Positions 55,051 to 64,000 of a stretch of DNA of 64,000 nucleotides are shown here, one piece after another; position 1 is the first letter of the stretch, and the number at the start of each line of letters is the position of its first letter. A program made the position numbers and the translations under genes. The notes beneath the pieces were generated by a model. That model searched no databases. It was not told where the DNA came from and saw only the letters and a list, made by a program, of their open reading frames with translations. The DNA comes from Paraspadella gotoi (Eukaryota > Animalia > Chaetognatha): NCBI GenBank assembly GCA_051294375.1, contig JBJCIZ010000239.1, forward strand, positions 4,196,402 to 4,260,401. The letters run 5' to 3'.

Positions 55051-58000
55051 AAAAATGAAGCCTCAAAACTCAAACAGCGAAACAAGCGTGATGACCCCGT
55101 CTGGGAACTTCATTTGTTAATTTATTTTTTTTACTTTTTCACTCATATCAAATTATAAACATTTAAATCTTTAAATTTAAATATCAACCTAGTTTTTTCT
55201 TTATTCGCCATTTTTTGGGGATTTTGTTAATTTTTTTTTTTACTTTTTTTCTTATTATTTGTTCTTCTTTCCATTTTTTTCACCATTTTTGACCGTATTA
55301 CTATATTTTATTCCCTATTTATAATTATTTCTCTCATCCTTCTTTCATACGACACTCATTCTACTTTCTCATCTTTTTCTTTTCTTTCTCTCTCTCATCT
55401 CCATCTTCGTCTTCTCTCTTTCTCTCGTCCATCTCATCTCTCTCGTCTCACACTCTCTCGTTCACGTTCCGCTCTCTCTCTCCTATTCCCAAATGACTTT
55501 TCCTTTTTTTTTTTCTCTTTCACTTACTTCTCAAATTGCGGAATTGTTACGGGCGCTTGATATAGTCTCTAAAAACCTGTTTGTGTCCGGTGTCGTAAAT
55601 AGAGCATCTGCGACGTCAGATCAAGCGAGGCAAACCGTGCTGCAAAATTAAAGGGATGGTGATAATGATAGAGCGGAATCCCACTATGAAATGTAATTTT
55701 TCAATAGGGGCGGGGGTTCAAAGAACATTTAAGGTCTTGAAGTTTACTTTAGGTAAACAAAAAAAAGAATTCTTTTTAAAAAAAAATCGATCTTTTAATC
55801 TGCTTTTATATGTTGCTATTAAAAATTAACAATAATTACTAGCTATATAACTGAAAAAAAATATTTTTAATACAAAGTGCTTTACTTTTTTTGATGGATT
55901 CTGATAGAGCAAAAAAAAACGTTCAAAATAAAAAGTTTAACATGAAACTTTCAAATACAAAAAAGTGTTTATGTTTTTCTGGTTTAAGAGAATAAGAAAA
56001 GTAATAAAATTATCCGAAAAAAATGAATAGATGAGTGATAGATTAATATAAATTAGTTTTCATTATTTTTTACATACTTAGTGATTCAAAATATTCGAAA
56101 GAAAAGAATTATACTCTTGTGTAGACACACCTTTTTGGCAAGCTAACCCTGAATCCTGAAGTGGAGTCTAAAGACAATTGACAAAAAATCCCAAAAAATT
56201 TTATTAAGCCTTTTCCTATTTAAGAATATATATTAAAAAATTAATAATATGGAGTTATGGAGTAATATTAAAAGAAAATAAAAAAAAAATTTGTCCTATT
56301 CAACATTTTTTTAAAAAAAAAAATGTCAAAATTTTTCGTTCATTGAGCAGGTGCTTAATGTCCGACAATTTCTTAACCACAACTTAGCTACAGAGTGTAG
56401 TCCTCCCCCTAGTGAATTGATCTCTCTACTCTCTCTCTCTCTCATCATCTCTCATCTCTGTCGCTCTCTCATTTCATTTCATCTCTTGGTGTTCTTTATG
56501 GTAGGTTTGTTTAAAAAATCGTCGTGATCGTCGTTGTTGGTTTGTCGTGCGGTGTGGTCGTCGCGTCAACGCTTTCGATTTTCACGAGTACAACATGAGA
56601 AAGGTAATCTCGAGTGCCAAAGCAAGTCGAGCATCAAACTTGGGGAAGATGAGAGAGAGAGAGAAAGGTAGAGAAGTAGAAGAGAGAAGAAGGAGAGACG
56701 AAAGCAGACGAAGATNNNNNNNNNNNNNNNNNNNNNNNNNNNNNNNNNNNNNNNNNNNNNNNNNNNNNNNNNNNNNNNNNNNNNNNNNNNNNNNNNNNNN
56801 NNNNNNNNNNNNNNNNNNNNNNNNNNNNNNNNNNNNNNNNNNNNNNNNNNNNNNNNNNNNNNNNNNNNNNNNNNNNNNNNNNNNNNNNNNNNNNNNNNNN
56901 NNNNNNNNNNNNNNNNNNNNNNNNNNNNNNNNNNNNNNNNNNNNNNNNNNNNNNNNNNNNNNNNNNNNNNNNNNNNNNNNNNNNNNNNNNNNNNNNNNNN
57001 NNNNNNNNNNNNNNNNNNNNNNNNNNNNNNNNNNNNNNNNNNNNNNNNNNNNNNNNNNNNNNNNNNNNNNNNNNNNNNNNNNNNNNNNNNNNNNNNNNNN
57101 NNNNNNNNNNNNNNNNNNNNNNNNNNNNNNNNNNNNNNNNNNNNNNNNNNNNNNNNNNNNNNNNNNNNNNNNNNNNNNNNNNNNNNNNNNNNNNNNNNNN
57201 NNNNNNNNNNNNNNNNNNNNNNNNNNNNNNNNNNNNNNNNNNNNNNNNNNNNNNNNNNNNNNNNNNNNNNNNNNNNNNNNNNNNNNNNNNNNNNNNNNNN
57301 NNNNNNNNNNNNNNNNNNNNNNNNNNNNNNNNNNNNNNNNNNNNNNNNNNNNNNNNNNNNNNNNNNNNNNNNNNNNNNNNNNNNNNNNNNNNNNNNNNNN
57401 NNNNNNNNNNNNNNNNNNNNNNNNNNNNGAGAGAGGGACCGAAAGAGAGAGAGGGAGGGAGTCAGAGAGACTTTTCAATAAGGAATCCAATGGGCTGAAA
57501 ATATAAGGCATCAAAAGAGATTTAAAAAAAAAATAATTCTATCAAAAAAAATGTGTCGATCGAACGTTTTTTCAAACGTCGATTTTGACCTTGAAATTTG
57601 ACCCTGAAATTTGACCTTGGGGTGAAGTTTCAAATTGACATTTTTAATTAACATGCCGCAATCATCGGTTAGTAATATATTTTATTTCCTTATTCTCGAT
57701 TGATGTTTTTTTAATTGCGAAGCGAGAAATTTTGAAATCGTACGTTCTCCTTTTCTTTCTATTCATTCGATAACTTATTTTTCCCCGTACTTTGGACATG
57801 GACAGGCTTTGGCGGTTTTCTATCAAGACTCTCTCACAGTCTCGTTTATTCACTCCCAAAGTACCTGGCTTCCAAATCAATAATGTGGTATAATGTTTAT
57901 TATGATTTCTTAATATGTCTTACAGGTTCTTGTTACAATTGCTCGCCTCGCTCTTATTTCTGCCCAAGAAAAGTGCTGATCCATTGCAAGCAACTTTATG

Positions 58001-58629
58001 AAGGGGGTCAAACTTCTCTCTCTTTCTCTCTACTCATCTCGTTTTTTTCTCTTTCTTTCTTTCTTTATCTTTCTCTTTCATATCCCTGTTTTTCCCCTCT
58101 ATGGAATTTCTTCTACCCTCTCTTCTCCTCTCTCTCTCTCCCGTCTCTCTCTCTCTCTCTATCTCTTTCGCGTCCCTTCCTCTCTCTCTACTCTTCTCCT
58201 GCTCTCCCCTCCTCTCATCCCTTCCATACTTTCTTCTCTCGCTCTTCCCTCCACCTCTCTCTCTCTCTCTCTCTCCCTCCCTCTCTCCCTCCGAATCCCA
58301 TTTCCTGTAGGCAACGAAACCAAACAGTCGTCGTTTTCATCGAAAGATAGTTGAAAGGTAAAAGGAAGAGGAGGGAGGAAAAAGGAGGAGGAGGAAGAGA
58401 AGGAGGAGGAAGAGGGGGGAAAGAAAAAGGAGGTCGAATAACCAGGGCGAGACGACCCAATTTTGTCTAGTCTGTTAAAGTCTGAATATGTTTCCCCAAA
58501 GCGGCGCCGTATCCGCTTCAATTTTGCAAAATTACAAGTCTGTCAAGTTCAGGTTAGGAATTTAAAGTTAAAATTGTTAAAGATAAGGATCTTCTTTCTT
58601 TCTTCTCTATCCCTCTTCACTCTCTCTCC

Positions 58630-58980
58630 TCTCTACTCTCTCTCTATCCCACCTCTCTGACCCCTCCTATACCTCTGAGCCCTCTAATTCCTCTGACCCT
58701 CTGATCCCCTCCTAACGCCCCTTCTGACCCTTTGACCCTCGTGACCCCTATATTCGCCCTCGGACCCTCTTATCCCATCGGGACCCTCTATCCCCCTGAC
58801 CCCTCTATTGCCCTCCTGACACCCTCTATCCCCTCTGACCCCTATCCTCTCTGAATCGCCTCTGACTCTCTTTCTCTTCATGATTCCCTCCTGACGCCAT
58901 CTACGCCTCTGATGCCCTCTGACCCCCTATCCCCCCTATCATCGGACCCCTCTATCCCCTTGACCGCCTCTATTCCTCTG
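58630..58980. repeat. Degenerate 9-bp tandem repeat (ccctctgac / ccctctatc)
   Basis: Alternating 9-mers, directly visible. Confidence 0.85.
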
Positions 58981-59267
58981 AAAACCACCGACGGCATCCG
59001 TCGTGCGCACGCCCGAGGCTGAGGACTGGGACAGCAGAGTGAGGCAGCTTTAAGTCTTGCTGCCACAGGATCCCCCCACCAGACCTTCTCACAGGGCCTC
59101 AAAATCCTGATTCCCTGAGGGATGTCTGAGAGACAGAGGGTTTTGTCTCAATTGCGCATAAGTGAGAGCCGAGCGGTGGCGAGCGAGCGAGCGAGCGAGT
59201 CTGGAGCGTTACCAAGAAAGTAGGGATAGGCGCGTGATATGCATGACCCCCTGGAAAGCGACGTAAG

Positions 59268-59320
59268 CGTGGGCGCACGGTGCGCAGGTCGGTTGCGTGT
59301 TCGATAGTCGGGCTCAACCA
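59268..59320 (-). promoter_or_regulatory. tRNA-Trp-complementary primer-binding region (extended)
   Basis: Plus strand ggttgcgtgttcgatagtcgggctcaacca resembles the metazoan tRNA-Trp 3' half GGTTGCGTGTTCAAATCACGTCGGGGTCACCA (recalled from memory), including CCA. It ends 2 nt from the LTR terminus. Confidence 0.6.
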
Positions 59321-59322
59321 CG

Positions 59323-59543
59323 TATGGACGACCACAAAGTTTCAGATCAAGAATGATTTATTCTTCAAACAAGGTTATAAAACATAACAAAGTCAAAATG
59401 CTCATAGATGCTAAGTCTATTACAATGGTATTTACAAAGGTCACGTTTTGACCACAAATAAATGGGGACGCGAGCGGGGTCAAGGTTGTTAAGGTCAAGT
59501 GGTATTGACCGGAGGTTGCCATGTTCTTTCATGTACGTCCACA
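59323..59543 (-). mobile_element. ~220-bp 5' LTR of a second, truncated or non-autonomous LTR element
   Basis: Inverted termini t(a)tggacg...cgtccaca and an AATAAA on the minus strand (~59357-59362). Directly adjacent to a PBS-like sequence. No partner LTR or pol found in the window. Confidence 0.6.
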
Positions 59544-60088
59544 AGCGAATGATTAAAGAAGCTTGGACAAACTTTTGTGTTAACGGTTGGAAATCAAAAT
59601 AAACTCAAATTTCGTTTCGTGATCATTCAATAAAGTCGTACGTTATGATTAAGGATTAAATAAATTCGCTCTTTATCATAGAATGCCGGCAATATTTAAT
59701 ATAAAAAAATAGTTGGATAGTTTTCGCTTTCGGTTTCGTTGTTTTCAAAAAATTAGTGTACAATGTAGAGGAGTTTTTATTTTCTTTGAAGGCAAAATCT
59801 TTAAATCAAAATGTTTGTTCAAAAGAAAATTAAAAAATAAAATTCTACTCCTGTACAGACATTATAAAAAAATAAAAAAATAAATAGGCAATTAGGCATA
59901 GCATACTATGAAGAAGGTTTTTTTTTTTTTGCGGCAATTAGAAGTCTGAATCAAATCCAACCGTCATATTTGTATTAAATTAACTCAAATAAATTAAAAT
60001 CAGCATTATTTTCAAGAAAAGTAATCTACAGGCAACTGGTTTAAAAAAATTTCAATTTTCGCAGCTAATTTTATAAAAAAAATCACTC

Positions 60089-60501
60089 TTAAAAATTTTT
60101 ATCACTTATCAATATCAGGGTTTGGCGGATAACAGCCGGACGAACGGACGAGGGGAGCGTTTCAACTTTTTCTCTGAGATTTTTAATCTCGCCGTCCAAA
60201 ACATCTAATGAAGTACTACATACATTGAGAAACGGATTTTGAAAAAAAAAAAATAATTTTAGGCCAATTCTTGAAAAACTGGGACACCGGTCTAATTGTT
60301 GGCACGCTAGGCTGAATGACTTTGCAGCGAACTTAGAAAGGACGAACATAGTTCTTGGGATGAGGCCCCAGGTCGTTCAAAAACGAGTCTCGCCCGAGAC
60401 ATTGCAATTCATCGACGGACCGAAGAATTGGCAACCGTCGGACGGAGTCTTCTTCGATATCGGCCCGCCAACTCACCCGACTGTCATTCCGCGCCAAAAA
60501 C
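60089..60501 (-). CDS. Candidate terminal exon of an unidentified protein-coding gene
   Basis: Strong minus-strand acceptor (poly-T then cag, ~60502-60515) and complex, GC-elevated sequence. Reads FLARNDSRVSWRADIEEDSVRRLPILRSVDELQCLGRDSFLNDLGPHPKNY, then after one frameshift VLSKFAAKS...SDKNF*. No family recognised, and a plus-strand frame is also open over part of it. Confidence 0.35.
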
Positions 60502-60760
60502 CTGAAAAAAAAAAAGAAATATTATCTTAAAATAAACTGAAGAGGCGTTCAAAACCTTCAATCAGTCCAGCGGGGCATTTACTGCTCTGAAAAAAAAAAA
60601 AAAAAAAAAACTATTCCGATGAACTCCAAAAAATATTTGAACTATGGAACTTGTTATGTATAAATCCATATGATTTCTTTTATAATTTAACTTTTACTAA
60701 ATATATTTGAGAAAAGTTTGAAATGAATTTTCAAACAAGGATTTATTTTTAAATAAAAAA

Positions 60761-60803
60761 AATGGACATGTTTCGGCTTAATTACAAGCCATTCATCAGC
60801 ATT
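60761..60803 (-). ncRNA. Minimal type-I hammerhead ribozyme, inverted partner of 60813-60854
   Basis: Reverse complement reads aatg-CTGATGA-at-ggctt(gtaatt)aagcc-GAAA-catg-TC-catt, with one extra base relative to the plus-strand copy. Confidence 0.8.
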
Positions 60804-60812
60804 AAAAATTTT

Positions 60813-60854
60813 AATGCTGATGAAGGCTTGTAATTAAGCCGAAACATGTCCATT
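60813..60854 (+). ncRNA. Minimal type-I hammerhead ribozyme (Penelope-like element type)
   Basis: aatg-CTGATGA-a-ggctt(gtaatt)aagcc-GAAA-catg-TC-catt. Intact catalytic core, stem I aatg/catt, stem II ggctt/aagcc, palindromic ACATGT stem III. Predicted cleavage after position 60850. Confidence 0.85.
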
Positions 60855-63175
60855 TTTTATTAAAAATAAAATCGTTTTGTTGAAAATTCAATTTCAAACT
60901 TTCTAATAATTAAATTACAGCCCAACGAAAAGAAAGGATTATTACCACAATAACTAAATTATATAATATATATATACCAGCGACCAGACCAGAAACGAAA
61001 GAGTCTTATGTCAGCCCGGAAATAAAAGTATAAAAATGAATGAGCGTGAAAATTAATAAGGTGCCCAAAGAAAGATGCGATAGAAATAAGATAATATAAC
61101 ATGTACGCGCGAGTCAGGTTAATAACAAGTTTGAGGAAACAATGTCGGATCCTGGCCCATACGATAATTAATTAATTCAATTAATTGATTTGAATTAATT
61201 ATTATAATTTATATTCAGCTTGTCATCATCGATGTCCTTAAAATTGAGTCAGGACAGTTAATTAAATGTTTTGATTTACATTTTAACATCACAAACCAGA
61301 TATCCTCATATATCGAGGCCCAGGGCGGCAAAGCCGCGTCCTGTCTTGATTTTGAGTTCGGTTTTTGGGAGCTTCGTCAGCGCTTTTTTGGGCAAATGCA
61401 ATGGCTTCTGAAAGTGTGATATCAATAGGGAGTTGAATTTTCAATCATATGGCTTTCTAATTCATCAAGATCTTTAAAAATTCTTTCAATGTGTTCATAT
61501 CAATATTCGTATTTGGTTTTATGTTTTTATATACAAAACCAAAACGTTTTTTTAATTATATGTCGCTCTCTCTCATCCTCTTTTTTCTCAAGTTCACTGC
61601 TTCTTCCTGATTTGTCTAAAAACGAGTTCGCGGCTCTTGCAGCGTCTGTCCAGCTTTCTTTCATCCCTTCTGCTCTCTTTCTCTCTGCTGCTTTTTTTTT
61701 ACCAAAAAATTCGTGTTAGATATAATGTGGGTTCACTAATGCTAAAAAACGATGCCGCGAAACCGTGCGCGAACCCGGGGTCCTTTGGGTAGAGAATAAG
61801 CATCACAGCTACGTGCGGCGCCATAAGTAAAGGGCTGGGTAGAGCTTCTCTCTCTCTCTCCCTTTTAATTATTATAATATCCGCTCTTGTCTCTTTCTCT
61901 TTTTCTCTGCAGGCGGCCTGTTGCTCTCTCCTCTTCTCTTTTTTCTCTCTCTCTGCTCCTGTCTCTCTGTGTGTGTCTGTGCCATATCTGTCCGATCTCT
62001 GGCGTACTCGTTTTGTTTTTTGAAAATTCTGGGATTATTTTTTTTCCTTCTAAAAACTTTTTATTATTGGCATGTTTTCCGCGGCGTTTTTTTCAATACC
62101 AAAATCCTCATATTTTTCAATCCGAGAAGTTTCTTCGATGGATTTATTCTCTTCTTTTTCTCTCCTCCTCTTTCTCTCTCTCTCTCTTGTTCTTTTCTCT
62201 CTCATTTTTTCCTGCTCTTCTCTCTCTCTCCTCTCTCTCTCTTATCAAACTCAACACACGCATTTGTTTGTTTTATTAACTATCATCGCATCCAATGAAT
62301 GAACAATCATCTGCATGCAAGAAATGACAATCATACGGACAGTTTACACTAGGAGAATGCGATGAACCAATATATACACAGCCAGTGAATGACTATCATC
62401 GGCATCAATAATTGATTATCATCGGGAATGCAATAATCAATTCCTAATTACATCAATAAATTACTATTACATCACTCAATTAGTAATTACCTCAATCAAT
62501 TACTATTACATCAATAATTACGTTATCGCAGTGCAATTCACGTCGTTTTTTCCCCGGTTTTTGTTCGATTAATTTTCCATATGATAGTGGGCTGCTGGGC
62601 TCGGATGCTTTGAAGTCCTTTTTAAGATTTTGGTTATTTTAATGTACTCCCTTCTCTCTCTCTCTCTCCGGTCTCTCCGTCTCTCTGCTTTCTGCTCTCT
62701 CAGCCACTCTCTTTCTCTCTCATCTCTCTCCTCTTTTTATGCAATAGCGAACGATCCTTATGCTTTTAAGAATTTTTTTTAACCCTTGGCATCATTTTTT
62801 CACATTGGCATAATTTTTTCAAAACTTGCATGTCCCCGGGGTCTAAAACTTTAATATCTAGCTTCTTCACTCACTTTCCTACCAGGCTCACCAAAAATTT
62901 CATCTCAATCTATCATGGTTAAAAAAAATAAAAAGATTTCAGTAAATGTGGACTGCATATTTTTTTTCATTTAAACTCATTTCCACGGTGACGTTTCACT
63001 GAAACTATTATATCAAAAGCGTTCGTCATACGGTTTTCCTACCAGCACACACAAACATTATTGTCAACCTCAATCTATCCATCCCCAATTATGGATAATT
63101 GAGTATTTATTGGGTTAAAGATAAGTAAGATTTTAGTTCAAATTCGCAGANNNNNNNNNNNNNNNNNNNNNNNNN

Positions 63176-64000
63176 ACTGCGAGCGCCGCCTTCAGGGAAT
63201 CCTAAAATTATAAGTAATAAAAGACGATTTCCAATGCACGGGCTTAAGTCTAAAGTCACTGCGGCGCAACACGTTGGATGAACCGATCTTGTTTTTAGAT
63301 TTCCAACTCGTACAAAAATATTTTGAGCTACTATTTCTCTCAAATTGTATTCATATATTTTTTNNNNNNNNNNNNNNNNNNNNNNNNNNNNNNNNNNNNN
63401 NNNNNNNNNNNNNNNNNNNNNNNNNNNNNNNNNNNNNNNNNNNNNNNNNNNNNNNNNNNNNNNNNNNNNNNNNNNNNNNNNNNNNNNNNNNNNNNNNNNN
63501 NNNNNNNNNNNNNNNNNNNNNNNNNNNNNNNNNNNNNNNNNNNNNNNNNNNNNNNNNNNNNNNNNNNNNNNNNNNNNNNNNNNNNNNNNNNNNNNNNNNN
63601 NNNNNNNNNNNNNNNNNNNNNNNNNCGTGGCCACGCTGCCTCGCACGAAGATGACGCCGATGACACGTTGAGGCGGCTCCGGGTCTCGGTGAAGACTATA
63701 ATCACGAGAACCGGCAAGTTTAACTTTAAGGCGTTGCGCGCCACAGTGACTTTGTGTTTAACTTATTCGCAAGAAGTATTTGATGCTTTGATGCTTCTCG
63801 GTTAAATTTTTTTGGGGGGACTGATAAAGACTTATAAACGATAATAAAAACCTTTGTTGCTTCAAACTTATTTCGAAAGGCAAGAAATAATACGATAGTG
63901 TGGCGGTATATTTACACCGCCTCACGTCCACCATCTTTCAGCCGAATCCATTGGCTCAGAGGGGGAACATACCATCCCAGGAGTTGTGTTCCATCCACAG
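63176..64000. other. Possible coding sequence of unknown identity, interrupted by gaps
   Basis: Non-repetitive, higher-complexity sequence with open frames (minus 63176-63363; plus 63626-63805). Strand and product are unresolved. Confidence 0.2.

Larger units (their letters stand above)
60710..60904. mobile_element. ~195-bp palindrome, probably inverted pseudo-LTR remnant of a Penelope-like element
   Basis: Near-perfect inverted arms centred at ~60808 (cattaaaaattttaatg), with no spacer. Each arm carries a hammerhead motif. Confidence 0.7.

Noticed and set aside
56547-57514. ORFs over 300 aa, and the RRVNAF motif resembling Tob RRRVNIF
   Set aside because: The length comes from N runs. The motif is on the opposite strand to the Tob exon and the flanking residues do not match Box A.
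58684-58980. Collagen-like Gly-X-Y ORFs (GIEGSDGIRG...)
   Set aside because: Translation of a non-coding 9-bp tandem repeat with frame breaks and no splice or domain context.
59268-59320. Functional tRNA-Trp gene
   Set aside because: The anticodon arm is absent and CCA is encoded next to an LTR end; better explained as a primer-binding region.

Overview
This is eukaryotic (probably invertebrate animal) draft-assembly DNA: AT-rich, dense in (AG)n and (GTC)n microsatellites, with many N gaps and stretches of error-rich long-read gap fill. Nearly all ORFs in the track are low-complexity artefacts. Well-supported content: (1) a full-length Ty3/Gypsy LTR retrotransposon on the minus strand (29755-36097) with a 4-bp GGAA target-site duplication, whose empty site is also present in this window (22994-22997); (2) an internal coding exon of a BTG/Tob-family gene on the minus strand (45591-45781), missed by the ORF track because of frameshifts; (3) three minimal type-I hammerhead ribozyme motifs of the Penelope-like-element type, two of them arranged back-to-back in a ~195-bp palindrome (60710-60904); (4) a second, truncated LTR element whose primer-binding region resembles most of tRNA-Trp; (5) a dispersed TIR-bounded element family with degenerate TTAGGG-like interiors; (6) a mosaic of direct and inverted multi-kb duplications across ~2.8-36.7 kb that is probably largely haplotype or gap-filling redundancy. 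No prokaryote-type system (CRISPR, operon, rRNA) is seen. All alignments and translations were done by eye, so boundaries are approximate.
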